53,334 nt of DNA from Pseudothermotoga sp. (GTDB lineage: Bacteria; Thermotogota; Thermotogae; Thermotogales; DSM-5069): positions 1-53,334 of the forward strand of contig JBEPZZ010000008.1 of assembly GCA_041640575.1 (NCBI GenBank), written 5' to 3'. Made by a program: the position numbers and the translations under genes. This document shows, piece by piece, positions 28,873 to 39,143 of the stretch. Positions within the stretch are counted from its first letter, which is position 1; each line of letters opens with the position of its first letter. A model generated the notes under the pieces. That model saw only the letters and a program-made list of their open reading frames with translations, did not search any database and was not told the DNA's origin.

Positions 28873-30021
28873 ATGAATAAAGACTTTTTGATAAAAGCAG
28901 CTGAGAAATTTGGTACACCCATTTATCTGTATGATTTACCAATGATTCTTGAACGAATTGATTCTGTCAAAAATGTTTTTGAAGACTTAGATTTTTCCCT
29001 AGCATTCGCAATGAAAGCCAACTTTAATCGTGATATTCTACGTACTTTCAACAACATTGGCCTAATGATTGATTGTGTTTCTCTTGGGGAGTACCTTCAA
29101 GCCAGAAAAGTTGGATTTTCCCCAAACAAGGCAATCATTAACGGAAATTGTAAAAAATATAAGGATTTAAGGCAGTATATCGACGATGAGGTTTTTTCTA
29201 TCAACCTTGATTCGTTTGAAGAGCTTTTGAGACTAGAGAAGCTGACTAATAAGCCAACAAGAGTTTGTATAAGGGTTAATCCAGATATTGATCCCAAGAC
29301 TCATCCACGCATCTCAACAGGTTTGAAGGAAAAACAGTTTGGTGTTGATTACGATACAGCAGCGGCTATGATAGAAAAGATTGCACATAACAGTAAAATC
29401 AAACTAATAGGGCTTCATTGCCACATAGGTTCTCAAATAACAAATGTTGAACCATACGAAGAAGCAATTATTTCAATAAGGCAATTTGTGGATCGAATGA
29501 AATTGAAACTTGAGGTGTTAAACATTGGTGGAGGATGGGGAATCGATTATGGTGATGGAAGCTTTCTAGATTTGCAAAAATATAAGCAAAAAGTAGTCCC
29601 ATTGTTGAAAGATTTTAACTGCAGGATAATTCTAGAACTTGGGCGCTTTGTAGTTGCTCCGGCAGGTTACTTAGTAACGAAAGTTGAATATGTAAAAAAG
29701 ACTAAGTACAAAACTTTTGTTGTTGTAGATACTGGGATGACTCATCTGATAAGACCTGCTATGTACGATGCCAAACATAGGATAATTTTCTTGTATGATT
29801 CCTCTAATCGCGACAGAATAACTGCCGATATCGTTGGGCCAGCTTGTGAAAGTTCAGATGTCATAAGAAATGCCATTGAAATGCCGATACCTGTGGAAGG
29901 TGAGCTGTTAGCCATTTGTGATGTTGGAGCATACGGCTATTCAATGGCCTCTGATTACAATTTGATTCCAAAACCTATCGAAGTCATTTGGGATGGTGAA
30001 GAGTTCTTTAGATCTTTCTGA
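28873..30021 (+). CDS. lysA: Diaminopimelate decarboxylase (fold-type III PLP)
   Basis: FGTPIYLYD, AMKAN, ISTG, HCHIGSQ, IRPAMY, GPACESSD, GAYG. Confidence 0.85.
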   Translation: MNKDFLIKAAEKFGTPIYLYDLPMILERIDSVKNVFEDLDFSLAFAMKANFNRDILRTFNNIGLMIDCVSLGEYLQARKVGFSPNKAIINGNCKKYKDLRQYIDDEVFSINLDSFEELLRLEKLTNKPTRVCIRVNPDIDPKTHPRISTGLKEKQFGVDYDTAAAMIEKIAHNSKIKLIGLHCHIGSQITNVEPYEEAIISIRQFVDRMKLKLEVLNIGGGWGIDYGDGSFLDLQKYKQKVVPLLKDFNCRIILELGRFVVAPAGYLVTKVEYVKKTKYKTFVVVDTGMTHLIRPAMYDAKHRIIFLYDSSNRDRITADIVGPACESSDVIRNAIEMPIPVEGELLAICDVGAYGYSMASDYNLIPKPIEVIWDGEEFFRSF

Positions 30022-30328
30022 TCTTCACTGCAGTCCCATATGCTATAACTTCGGCTGCTCCACTCATTACGCTTGCGCTTCCCAATCGCATTCCGATTAT
30101 GGCGTCTGCTCCTATTTTCTCTGCTTCGGCAATCATCCTTTTAATTGCAATGTTTCTCGCCTCAGTCAGCATTTCAGTGTAAGACTTGATCTCTCCACCA
30201 GCTAGTGTTTTAAACGCTGCGGCGATGTCCTTTCCAAGATGTTTTGAGTGGACAGTATTTCCCATCACAATTCCCAATGTCTCAACAATTTCGTAGCCTG
30301 GAAGTGTATCAGTTGTAGCTATTATCAT
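30008..30328 (-). CDS. YbjQ/UPF0145 family protein
   Basis: GGEIKSYTEMLTEAR, GADAIIG, AYGTAV; start MIIATT after GGAGG. Confidence 0.9.
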   Translation of the reverse strand: MIIATTDTLPGYEIVETLGIVMGNTVHSKHLGKDIAAAFKTLAGGEIKSYTEMLTEARNIAIKRMIAEAEKIGADAIIGMRLGSASVMSGAAEVIAYGTAVKIRKI

Positions 30329-30344
30329 TTTGGTTCCTCCCTCC

Positions 30345-31112
30345 CTATATCTCTCTTTTACTGAAAGTTTGGTAACTAGCAAAAATTGTTATACAACTTA
30401 TGATCAATAATACAATGCTGTATTTTAGATCTGCTTTGCCGCTTTCAAAGATTTTGATTCCAAGTATGTAAGAATAAACATTCATGAAACGGAGTGGTTT
30501 GAGCAAGCCAAGAACCGTTGTTCCAGCCAGTACTGCAAAAGAACCAAGTAGGGGCTTGACTTGGTCAGATGATATAACCGACAAAAACAGAGCAACCGAG
30601 AACCAGAAGATGCTTCCACAAACTGCGTGCAGCGTGAAAGATGCAGTATATTCATAGGCAAGAGGCTTGTTTGCTATAAGTGAATACAGAGCTGGTAATA
30701 GCGAAAAGAAGGTAATCTCAACTATTAGAACCAAGAGAGCAACTAAGGTTTTAGAAGAGAAAGCCTTCTTCCTATTATTTCTTGCGAGCAAAAATTCTAT
30801 TGTCCCATTTTCGTACTCTCTTGCGAACAGTGGAAAGGCCATTATAACAGCTATCACTGGCACAATTTGCCCGAAGTTCTTTCCAAACCATTGTGAATAG
30901 ATAAAGAAAGTCCAGTCATTCAATCTTTCTACTAGTTCCGCCGGCAGGAGCTTCTTCAATATCTCTGGCATGCTTTGTACATGAGTATATTCACGTAACA
31001 CAGAAACTGCGAGTTTTTGAAAAGGTGCCACTAAGAAAAACAATCCTATAACCAGAATAATGATGAAAATAGCTCTAAATCTCATGTCGTAAAATTCCTT
31101 CTTAAACATCAT
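30345..31112 (-). CDS. ABC-2 type transporter permease
   Basis: Six TM segments; AREYENGTIEFLL motif. Confidence 0.85.
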   Translation of the reverse strand: MMFKKEFYDMRFRAIFIIILVIGLFFLVAPFQKLAVSVLREYTHVQSMPEILKKLLPAELVERLNDWTFFIYSQWFGKNFGQIVPVIAVIMAFPLFAREYENGTIEFLLARNNRKKAFSSKTLVALLVLIVEITFFSLLPALYSLIANKPLAYEYTASFTLHAVCGSIFWFSVALFLSVISSDQVKPLLGSFAVLAGTTVLGLLKPLRFMNVYSYILGIKIFESGKADLKYSIVLLIISCITIFASYQTFSKREI

Positions 31113-31891
31113 CTCACCCCTTTGACAATTGCCTCAAAGATTACATCAAAGCTTGCCGGTTCAACTTTTCCCTTTGCATTTTCTTTTCTTGTAAGATATA
31201 TCTCGTCCGTGTTTGTCTTTTTGTAAAGGAAACCATCAACTTTTTCCCCTCTTGGAACAATGCACAAAACGTACTTGTCCTTGAGATTGTCAAGTTGATC
31301 CATTTCTAAAATCTTTCCCCTTACCATTATTGCAACTGTGTCAGCCAGTTTCTCAACCTCAGAGAGTATGTGGCTGGTGTAGAAAACCCCCTTGTTATTG
31401 TAGGAAAGTTCCCTTATTTTTTCCAAAATCTTATTTCTCATGAGTGGATCCAAACCCCAAGTTGGTTCATCGAGGAAGTAAACGTCAGCATCTTGCGCTA
31501 GGATTATCGAAAGATAAGTTTGGGTAATCATTCCATGTGATAGATTTGCTATCTTTTCTTTCAAAGGAATTTGAAATTCTTCAAGCAAATCGACTGCTTT
31601 TTTCAAATCGAAATTCTTGGTCAAAGCAGCTGCAATTTCTATCATTTCTTCGACGCTGAAATGTCTATAAAGTTCTTTTGTTTCGGGTAGGTACGCATAA
31701 CTACCTTTTAATTCGATCTTTCCAGAATTTGGTTTCCTAAAACCAAGAATACATTTGATTGTCGTAGTTTTTCCAGCACCATTTGGGCCTACTAATGCTA
31801 AGATTTGTCCTCTATCAAGCTGGAGTGAAACACCATCGACAGCTTTGTTGTTCTTGTAGGATTTTTGCAGGTTCTCAACGGTTAGGATCAT
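31109..31891 (-). CDS. ABC transporter ATP-binding protein (YtrB-like)
   Basis: GPNGAGKTT, LDEPTWGLDP, TSHILSE. Confidence 0.88.
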   Translation of the reverse strand: MILTVENLQKSYKNNKAVDGVSLQLDRGQILALVGPNGAGKTTTIKCILGFRKPNSGKIELKGSYAYLPETKELYRHFSVEEMIEIAAALTKNFDLKKAVDLLEEFQIPLKEKIANLSHGMITQTYLSIILAQDADVYFLDEPTWGLDPLMRNKILEKIRELSYNNKGVFYTSHILSEVEKLADTVAIMVRGKILEMDQLDNLKDKYVLCIVPRGEKVDGFLYKKTNTDEIYLTRKENAKGKVEPASFDVIFEAIVKGVR

Positions 31892-32258
31892 TTTCATCCC
31901 TCCTGTACATCTCATCTAACATCTGTGCCAAAATATTTTGGTCTATTCCAACTCTTTTGCACTCAGCAACGATTCGTTTAAAATCATCTAGCATCTTTTC
32001 AGCAAACCTCTGTTTGTCGAATTCAGCGACGGCGTAACCTTCACCTCTTACGGGTTGCAAGACTCCTTCTAAAGTTAGCTCTCTGTATGCTCTTGCAACT
32101 GTGTTTATATTTACTCCAAGATCTTGTGCAAGAGACCTAACAGATGGTACGAAGTCACCTTTTTTCAAAACTCCGGCGGATATAAGGGCTTTTATTTTCT
32201 CTTTTATTTGTTTGTAAACCGGTACATGTGAGGCAAAATCAATTGAAAACCACATCAT
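31875..32258 (-). CDS. GntR-family (YtrA subfamily) transcriptional regulator
   Basis: PVYKQI, PSVRSLAQDLGVNINTVARAYREL, short C-terminal domain; start uncertain between 32255 and 32267. Confidence 0.9.
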   Translation of the reverse strand: MMWFSIDFASHVPVYKQIKEKIKALISAGVLKKGDFVPSVRSLAQDLGVNINTVARAYRELTLEGVLQPVRGEGYAVAEFDKQRFAEKMLDDFKRIVAECKRVGIDQNILAQMLDEMYRRDENDPNR

Positions 32259-32267
32259 CTTCACCAC

Positions 32268-32302
32268 ACTGTAATACTACACCATTACAGTATGATTGTC
32301 AA
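32268..32302 (-). promoter_or_regulatory. Promoter and overlapping palindromic operator of the GntR-ABC operon
   Basis: TTGACA-17 nt-TAGTAT on the minus strand; ACTGTAAT-N8-ATTACAGT inverted repeat at 32268-32291. Confidence 0.7.
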
Positions 32303-32691
32303 TATTCGTCGCTGATGGCAAATTTTTGTCCAGGAACTGATGATAAAAGACCTATGAATTGACTACCCTGAACACGTAATGTACTCTTGTAAAAGCATAA
32401 ATAAATCGTGCTGAAAAGAAGCAAAGTTCGTGATTATCTCAAGATTTTAGTGAGACCTAAATGTGCACTCTGAGGTTTCGTGACGAATTATGACATTAAT
32501 GTATAGTAAATGCGATGTTTATAATCTCTGCGTTGCATATTAATTACCTAATTATGTTAGCATTAATTTTAGTCTAGGTCTTGACTTTACTTGTGAGAAA
32601 GTAGCAGTATTTAATTGAATACCTCAAGTTTGTAGCCAGATGCCACAAATTGGAGGTAAAAATTTTTAACGAAAATCCTGGAGGTGATAGA

Positions 32692-34023
32692 ATGCTAAGA
32701 GTTTTGGGGAATGCGTTTGCAAAGTTTGCTCGCAAGTATTTGCCAGATGCACTAATTTTTGCCATTATTTTGGCCTTAATCACCTTTGTCCTTGGTATGG
32801 TTGTTCAGAAAAAAAGTCCAATTGACATGATCAGGTACATGGGTGATGGTTTTTGGAACTTGCTTGCCTTTGCAATGCAAATGTGTCTAGTTTTGATGAC
32901 AGGGCATATCCTCGCTCAAACTAAACCAATGAGTGCTATACTCAAAGCAATTGCAAAAGCTGCTAATACTCCCTTCAAAGCTGTTGCTCTAGCTTGTACT
33001 GTGATGATTATCACAAGCTATCTGAACTGGGGTTTTGGATTGATATTCACATCACTCTTAGCAGTTGAAATTGCTAAGAACATGAAAGGAAAAGGTTTAC
33101 ACTACCCATTGCTGGTTGCTTCAGCATATTCGGGCTTTTTGGTATGGCATGCAGGATTTTCGGCTTCAGCACCGTTGTTGGTTAACACAAAAGGACATTT
33201 CTTAGAAAAAACAATCGGTCTAGTACCAGTTTCTCAGACGATATTCTCGCCGATTGGTTATGTTCCAGTTTTGGTTCTGCTTATCACCTTACCTTTCATA
33301 ATGGCTGGAATGCACCCAAAAAAGAAGGAAGAGATCATAGAGGTTGACCCAACGGTATTTACGGAAGTCAAACCTGCAGCGAAAAAGTCTCCAGCCGAGA
33401 TGACTCCAGCTGAAAAAATGGAAAATAGTCCGGTTCTTTCAGTTATTATTTCCTTAATTGGAGTCATATATATTTTCTACTATTTCTTCGTCAAGAAAGG
33501 TACGCTTGATCTAAATATTGTTAACTTTATTTTCTTAATGGCTGGTTTGTTGCTGCATGGAACACCAAGGAACTTTATAAACGCAGCTGTGGAAGCGTCG
33601 AAAGGTGTATGGGGAATCGTTATTCAATTCCCATTCTACGCAGGTATTCAAGGTATGATGATAAATTCTGGTCTTGCAGCTACGATTGCAAATTGGTTCG
33701 TCTCATTTTCAACTCCAAGAACTCTTCCTTTGTTTACATACTGGAGCGCTGGTTTGATTAACTTATTTATACCATCTGGAGGCGGTCAATGGTCTGTTCA
33801 AGGTCCTATCATGATCCAAGCAGCTCTGAAGCTAGATGCATCTATTCCAAAAGTTATAATGGGTGTTGCATGGGGTGATGCTTGGACAAACATGATTCAA
33901 CCGTTTTGGGCCTTACCGCTTCTTGGTGTTGCAAAACTTAGCATTCGCGACATAATGGGTTACTGTGTGATGGCTTTGATTTGGTCTGGAATTGTTACTA
34001 GCTTACTCTTCTTAGTTTTGTAA
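32692..34023 (+). CDS. atoE: Short-chain fatty acid transporter
   Basis: GFWNLLAFAMQM, YPLLVASAYSG, QFPFYAGI, PSGGGQW, WGDAWTNMIQPFWALP; ATG at 32692 after GGAGGTG. Confidence 0.9.
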   Translation: MLRVLGNAFAKFARKYLPDALIFAIILALITFVLGMVVQKKSPIDMIRYMGDGFWNLLAFAMQMCLVLMTGHILAQTKPMSAILKAIAKAANTPFKAVALACTVMIITSYLNWGFGLIFTSLLAVEIAKNMKGKGLHYPLLVASAYSGFLVWHAGFSASAPLLVNTKGHFLEKTIGLVPVSQTIFSPIGYVPVLVLLITLPFIMAGMHPKKKEEIIEVDPTVFTEVKPAAKKSPAEMTPAEKMENSPVLSVIISLIGVIYIFYYFFVKKGTLDLNIVNFIFLMAGLLLHGTPRNFINAAVEASKGVWGIVIQFPFYAGIQGMMINSGLAATIANWFVSFSTPRTLPLFTYWSAGLINLFIPSGGGQWSVQGPIMIQAALKLDASIPKVIMGVAWGDAWTNMIQPFWALPLLGVAKLSIRDIMGYCVMALIWSGIVTSLLFLVL

Positions 34024-34035
34024 GGAGGTGTTCAA

Positions 34036-35241
34036 ATGAGGAAGGTGTACGTTGTAGGGGCAAAGAGAACTGCAATAGGTACCTTTGCTGGCTCCTTGAA
34101 AGATATACCAGCTGTTCAACTTGGTGTCGTGGCGGCGAAAGCAGCTATGGAACAAGCAAACATTAAACCTGAAATCGTTGACGAAACAATAGTGGGTTGT
34201 ATTCTTACCGCTGGACAGGGCATGGGACCTGGTAGACAAGTTTCTGTTTATGCCGGAGTTCCTGTTGAAAAACCTGGTTACACAGTGAATATGCTCTGTG
34301 GTTCTGGAATGAAAGCTCTCATGATAGGTGCGCTTGACATTATGGCTGGCGAAGCAGAAATAGTTCTTGCAGGTGGAATTGAGAATATGTCTATGGCTCC
34401 GTATTTGCTACCAAAAGCAAGGTTTGGCTATAGACTTGGAAACGGTGAGATAATAGATCATATGGTTTTTGATGGTCTTACGGATGTTTTTAACATGTAC
34501 CACATGGGTGTTACTGCCGAGAATCTCGTCGAAAAGTATGGGATCTCCAGAGAAGAACAGGATTTGTTTGCTTACAAAAGCCAAATGAAAGCTAAAAAAG
34601 CGATTGAAAATGGCAAATTTAAAGACGAGATAGCACCAGTAGTAATCAAAGACAAGAAGGGCGAGAAAATTTTCGATACTGACGAGCATCCAAGGTTTGA
34701 TACAACTCTTGAAACACTTTCAAAACTCAAACCAGCTTTCAAGCCTAACGGCACCATAACAGCAGGAAACGCCTCAGGTATAAACGATGGTGCATCCATG
34801 ACTGTGCTAGCAAGTGAAGATGCTGTAAAGAAGTACGGCTTGAAACCTTTAGCTGAGATAGTCGCTTTTGCGCAACATGGTGTTGATCCTAGCATTATGG
34901 GTATAGGACCTGTTGGGGCAATCTCTAAGGCACTGCAGAAGGCAAAGATGAAACTGAACGAAATCGATTTGATGGAACTGAACGAAGCTTTTGCAGCGCA
35001 AAGTTTGGCGGTTTTGAGAGATCTTAAAAAGGAACATGGTATAACTGACGAATGGATAGAAGAGCGAGTAAATGTAAACGGTGGAGCAATAGCTCTCGGC
35101 CATCCAATTGGTGCAAGTGGAAACAGAATAATAGTGACACTGTTGTATGAAATGAAGAAAAGACATGCAAAGCTTGGTCTGGCAAGTCTGTGCATCGGTG
35201 GAGGAATGGGGACAGCAGTCATAATAAGAAATATTGAATAG
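34036..35241 (+). CDS. atoB: Acetyl-CoA C-acetyltransferase (thiolase)
   Basis: [40 protein letters not shown]. Confidence 0.92.
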   Translation: MRKVYVVGAKRTAIGTFAGSLKDIPAVQLGVVAAKAAMEQANIKPEIVDETIVGCILTAGQGMGPGRQVSVYAGVPVEKPGYTVNMLCGSGMKALMIGALDIMAGEAEIVLAGGIENMSMAPYLLPKARFGYRLGNGEIIDHMVFDGLTDVFNMYHMGVTAENLVEKYGISREEQDLFAYKSQMKAKKAIENGKFKDEIAPVVIKDKKGEKIFDTDEHPRFDTTLETLSKLKPAFKPNGTITAGNASGINDGASMTVLASEDAVKKYGLKPLAEIVAFAQHGVDPSIMGIGPVGAISKALQKAKMKLNEIDLMELNEAFAAQSLAVLRDLKKEHGITDEWIEERVNVNGGAIALGHPIGASGNRIIVTLLYEMKKRHAKLGLASLCIGGGMGTAVIIRNIE

Positions 35242-35254
35242 GAGGTGTGAGAAA

Positions 35255-35914
35255 GTGAAAAACAAGCTTATAACCATTGAACAAGCTATAGACATGATAC
35301 CAGATGGTGCAACTCTAATGATAGGAGGTTTTCTGGGAGTTGGCACGCCTGAAACACTTGTTAATGCGTTATTGAAAAGCGGAAAGAGAAATTTCACAAT
35401 AATCGGCAACGATACTGCGACACCCGAAAAAGGGATTGGAAAATTGATCGCTAATAAACAAGTCAAAAAAGTCATAGTTTCTCACATTGGGACAAACCCA
35501 GAGACACAGAAACAAATGATTGAAGGAACACTCGAAGTGGAACTTGTACCACAAGGCACTTTGGCGGAACGTGTAAGGGCTGGAGGTTTTGGCCTTGGTG
35601 GTATTTTGACTCCAACTGGAGTTGGAACAGTTGTTGAAAATGGAAAACAAAAGATAACAATCGATGGGAAAGAGTTTCTTGTTGAAACAGCTCTGCGGGC
35701 GGATTTTGCTTTAATAAAGGCTCAAAAAGCTGATTATTACGGTAACTTGGTCTTTTCCTTGACAGCGAGAAATTTCAATCCGTTAATGGCCTTCGCTGCA
35801 AAAGTGACGATTGTGGAAGTTGAAGAACTAATACCTGTTGGAGGGTTGAGTCCAGAGGAAATAGTTGTCCCACACGCAGTAGTTGATTACATGGTAAGGG
35901 GTGATGCCAAATGA
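35255..35914 (+). CDS. atoD: 3-oxoacid/acetate CoA-transferase subunit A
   Basis: [32 protein letters not shown] at 35255 after GGAGGTG. Confidence 0.88.
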   Translation: MKNKLITIEQAIDMIPDGATLMIGGFLGVGTPETLVNALLKSGKRNFTIIGNDTATPEKGIGKLIANKQVKKVIVSHIGTNPETQKQMIEGTLEVELVPQGTLAERVRAGGFGLGGILTPTGVGTVVENGKQKITIDGKEFLVETALRADFALIKAQKADYYGNLVFSLTARNFNPLMAFAAKVTIVEVEELIPVGGLSPEEIVVPHAVVDYMVRGDAK

Positions 35915-36585
35915 TACAGGACCCAAAGGTTGCACGAGTTGTTATTGCCAAAAGAGTAGCTTTGGAATTGAAAGACGGAGACATAGTTAATCTTGGCATA
36001 GGCATTCCCACTCTTGTTGCAAATTATCTACCACCAAAGGTTGAAATCTTTCTTCAATCTGAAAATGGAATTCTCGGGATGGGCCCAGCCCCAGTAGAAG
36101 GCTTTGAACATCCCTCTTTAACGAATGCAGGAGGATCGCCTATAACTTTTCTACCCGGAGCCTCGGCTTTTGATTCAGCATTATCTTTCGGATTGATTCG
36201 AGGTGGGCATGTTGACGTAACAGTATTGGGGGGATTGCAAGTCGATGAAGAAGGACATCTTGCTAACTGGATGATACCAGGCAAATTGATACCTGGCATG
36301 GGAGGAGCAATGGATCTTGTAACTGGTGCAAAGAAAGTCATTGTTGCGATGCAACATGTTGAGAAAAATGGCACCCCCAAAATCGTGAAAAAATGTACCC
36401 TACCGTTAACTTCAATTAGAAAGGTTGATCTTATAGTTACAGATATGGCAGTCATAGACGTAACAGATAGTGGTCTTGTCTTAAGAGAGATTGCACCTGA
36501 AACGACTATTGAAGAGGTTCTACGCTATACTGAAGCAAGATTAATAGTACCAGAACAAGTCAAAACAATGCCCATAACACTTTAA
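35911..36585 (+). CDS. atoA: 3-oxoacid/acetate CoA-transferase subunit B
   Basis: [14 protein letters not shown] (catalytic Glu), [15 protein letters not shown]. Confidence 0.9.
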   Translation: MIQDPKVARVVIAKRVALELKDGDIVNLGIGIPTLVANYLPPKVEIFLQSENGILGMGPAPVEGFEHPSLTNAGGSPITFLPGASAFDSALSFGLIRGGHVDVTVLGGLQVDEEGHLANWMIPGKLIPGMGGAMDLVTGAKKVIVAMQHVEKNGTPKIVKKCTLPLTSIRKVDLIVTDMAVIDVTDSGLVLREIAPETTIEEVLRYTEARLIVPEQVKTMPITL

Positions 36586-36604
36586 ATTGTCTTTATGCCA
36601 AAGC

Positions 36605-36631
36605 AAAAGCGGGCGCGAGGCCCGCTTTTTT
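36605..36631. terminator. Bidirectional terminator between ato operon and H-NOX MCP
   Basis: AAAAGCGGGC-GCGAG-GCCCGCTTTTTT. Confidence 0.85.
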
Positions 36632-36638
36632 ATCTACG

Positions 36639-38459
36639 TTACATCGTAATTCCTTCAAAGTTTTCTCTTATTACTGAAAGCAGCTTTACTGTTTCGTTGA
36701 CGCTGTCAAGAACAACTTTGAGCTGAGCGAAGAAATTTTGGATTGAAGAGCTAATCTCTTCTGCGGTTGCAGAGCTTTCCTCTGAAATTGCAAGCAAGTT
36801 CTGTATGCTGCTTGTTATACTGTTCAATTTTCCAACCTGGTCGTTTAGAGTTTCAATCAATGAGCTGAGTTTCTTTGAAATCGATGAAATAACTTCGCTG
36901 GACTCTTTATTTCTCTCCGAACTTTCAAGTAAGTTTCTTGATTGTTGTTTCATCTCATTAAATTCTGACTCGATCGTTTTTCCAAGTTTTTCTATTCCGA
37001 CGGTAATGGAACCTAGGAATTCTGTGATTTTCGCAGCTGATGATCTACTTTCTTCGGCAAGTTTTCTTATTTCATCTGCAACAACTGCAAATCCTCTCCC
37101 AGCTTCACCACTTCTTGCAGCCTCAATAGCAGCGTTCAACGCCAGCAAGTTTGTTTGCTCGGCAATGCTTGTCACCGTGGATGCGACTTCCATTATCAAA
37201 CTAGCCTGATTCTGCAACTGTTTGCCTTCCTCTACAAGCAATGAGAAACGTTCGCTCATTTGAGCAATACCTTCAGCGGATTTTTCAACACTATTTGCAG
37301 AGTTAACTATTAAAGAAACCGCCTGATTCAAAGATTGAATGATATTGGTTTGCTCAGAAATTATAGATGTAATTGTCTCGGTATTTGAAGATACAGCGTT
37401 CGATATTCTTTCAGTGTCATTGCTTATTTGCACTGCGGTATTTGCGATCTCGTTTGAAAGCGATCCCATTGTATCAAGTTGGTCTTTCATCGTTTGAACA
37501 GCATTGACAACCCTTTTAGAATAGGAATCTATTTCTTGAACATCTCCAGAAATTGCTAAAAGAACTTCTTTTATACTGTCAACTGATTTTGTTAAGGAAT
37601 TCGAAAGCTTTGAAAATTCTTTAACCCCACTTATTGAGAGAGGATTATCTAAGTTCTTATTCGCAATAGATTCAAGTGCTTCATCAATAGCCTTGACTCC
37701 CTTTTTGAATCCAGTCATACCAAGAAATGAAAGTATAAACACACCGACTGCGCTTAAAGCAGATTTGACGAAGATATTTGAAGGAACAAAACTGAAAGAA
37801 AGAAAGGTAACAATGAAGGTATATAGAGGTAACATTAATACATAATTTGGTACTAATGATTTGACAAGTCCAAGTCCCATAGCGACAAGCGAACTTATCT
37901 TTTGGAACGTTCCATAACTTTTAGTAGTTTCTACTTCAACCGTCAAATAATTTTGACCATCAACCGATCCTTGCGAAACGATCTTATATTTAATTGGATC
38001 ATTAAAAAATTCTGAGGCTGCCTCCATCAAGCCAAGGAAATAATTCTTGTAATCTCGATGAGATTGATAAGTAATTACAGCTCTTTTAGGGCCAAGGAGT
38101 TTGAAAAAAACTCTTGGAGGTTTGGCACCTTTCACACGTTTTGTCAAAACTCTGTGTACGGCATCCATTGCTGCCATAAATGAAAGGAAAGAGTTTTTCT
38201 TGAAATACTCTGGATAGTGTTCGAAAAAGGTTTTGAGGTTTTCTTTACCGGTTTTAAACCAAAGTTCTTCGTAACTCATTCCTCTCGCTGATGCCAGCTT
38301 CTTTGACATATTTACTGCTAGATCGTCTGGAACATCATCGATAGGGCTATACAATTTATCTGGATCAATTCCATGTTCTTGTTTTAGTTTTTTGATCTCT
38401 TTCTCGCCAAATAATTTACTCCAGGTTTGTAGCCAAACATTTACAACAAAGCCCTTCAT
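36639..38459 (-). CDS. H-NOX domain methyl-accepting chemotaxis protein
   Basis: N-terminal MKG..W9, N74, H102, P115, YQSHR (YxSxR), Y140; two TM segments; MCP signalling hairpin; ATG at 38459 after GGAGG. Confidence 0.92.
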   Translation of the reverse strand: MKGFVVNVWLQTWSKLFGEKEIKKLKQEHGIDPDKLYSPIDDVPDDLAVNMSKKLASARGMSYEELWFKTGKENLKTFFEHYPEYFKKNSFLSFMAAMDAVHRVLTKRVKGAKPPRVFFKLLGPKRAVITYQSHRDYKNYFLGLMEAASEFFNDPIKYKIVSQGSVDGQNYLTVEVETTKSYGTFQKISSLVAMGLGLVKSLVPNYVLMLPLYTFIVTFLSFSFVPSNIFVKSALSAVGVFILSFLGMTGFKKGVKAIDEALESIANKNLDNPLSISGVKEFSKLSNSLTKSVDSIKEVLLAISGDVQEIDSYSKRVVNAVQTMKDQLDTMGSLSNEIANTAVQISNDTERISNAVSSNTETITSIISEQTNIIQSLNQAVSLIVNSANSVEKSAEGIAQMSERFSLLVEEGKQLQNQASLIMEVASTVTSIAEQTNLLALNAAIEAARSGEAGRGFAVVADEIRKLAEESRSSAAKITEFLGSITVGIEKLGKTIESEFNEMKQQSRNLLESSERNKESSEVISSISKKLSSLIETLNDQVGKLNSITSSIQNLLAISEESSATAEEISSSIQNFFAQLKVVLDSVNETVKLLSVIRENFEGITM

Positions 38460-38780
38460 ACTCCAACCCTCCTTCACAAGACAAGGTGCACTTTCGTAGC
38501 GGGTACAACTTATGTCTTTATTCAAATGAAAAGAATTCATTGTTGTTCTGGTTATTACTATACCATATTGGATATGTATAAATTCAAGTTCTATACTCTA
38601 ATCGTTCTTATTCTTTTTTCTTAAAGTAATTTTGTATCAAATACATTAGAGATTTGAGGTATAAAAACAAGCACAAATCAATCAAGCATTGTTAATGCAG
38701 GATATCTAGTGGGAGAGGGTTTGTAACTTTACAAAAAAGCAAATTTGTGAAAAAATAAAAGGGAGCTAAAAGGCTCCCTT

Positions 38781-38856
38781 TGGTGGGCTCGGGTGGACTC
38801 GAACCACCGACCGCCCGGTTATGAGCCGGGCGCTCTACCAGTTGAGCTACGAGCCC
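38781..38856 (-). tRNA. tRNA with CAT anticodon, probably tRNA-Ile2 (lysidine)
   Basis: GGGCTCG acceptor (paired 1-72, so not initiator), CCCGG-CTCATAA-CCGGG, CCA end. Ile2 versus elongator Met is inferred from the acceptor stem. Confidence 0.85.
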
Positions 38857-38869
38857 ATAGCCGTTTTTC

Positions 38870-38898
38870 ATTATACATCTCATCCTTGATAATGTCAA
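38870..38898 (-). promoter_or_regulatory. Consensus sigma70 promoter for the CAT-anticodon tRNA
   Basis: TTGACA-17 nt-TATAAT on the minus strand. Confidence 0.8.
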
Positions 38899-38914
38899 GG
38901 GTTATTTAAAGGCG

Positions 38915-39106
38915 GTGATCACCTTGGAGTTGAATGTACTAAACCTTGACCCGGTAAAGAAACTACTAAAAGCCTATCCTAGGATCGTTGTTATAAAAGC
39001 CGCTCTGCAGGTTTTGAGATCAGGACAACACATAAATACTGAAAACATAGAAAAAGTCATAAGTGCTATAATGAATCAAGAGAAAGAGGAAGAGGGCAGG
39101 GATTGA
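38915..39106 (+). CDS. Small hypothetical protein
   Basis: 63-aa ORF filling the intergenic gap, followed by a hairpin (about 39092-39121); start uncertain. Confidence 0.55.
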   Translation: MITLELNVLNLDPVKKLLKAYPRIVVIKAALQVLRSGQHINTENIEKVISAIMNQEKEEEGRD

Positions 39107-39143
39107 ATTCCCTGCCTTCTTCAATATGAGGGGAGGGCAGACC

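Noticed and set aside
32315..32332. Sigma54 promoter (TGGCA...TTG) for the ato operon
   Set aside because: No GC at -12 with the required spacing.
38460..38560. c-di-GMP riboswitch upstream of the H-NOX MCP
   Set aside because: Only a weak hairpin (AAGACA...TGTCTT) with a GAAA; the class I/II core motifs could not be found.
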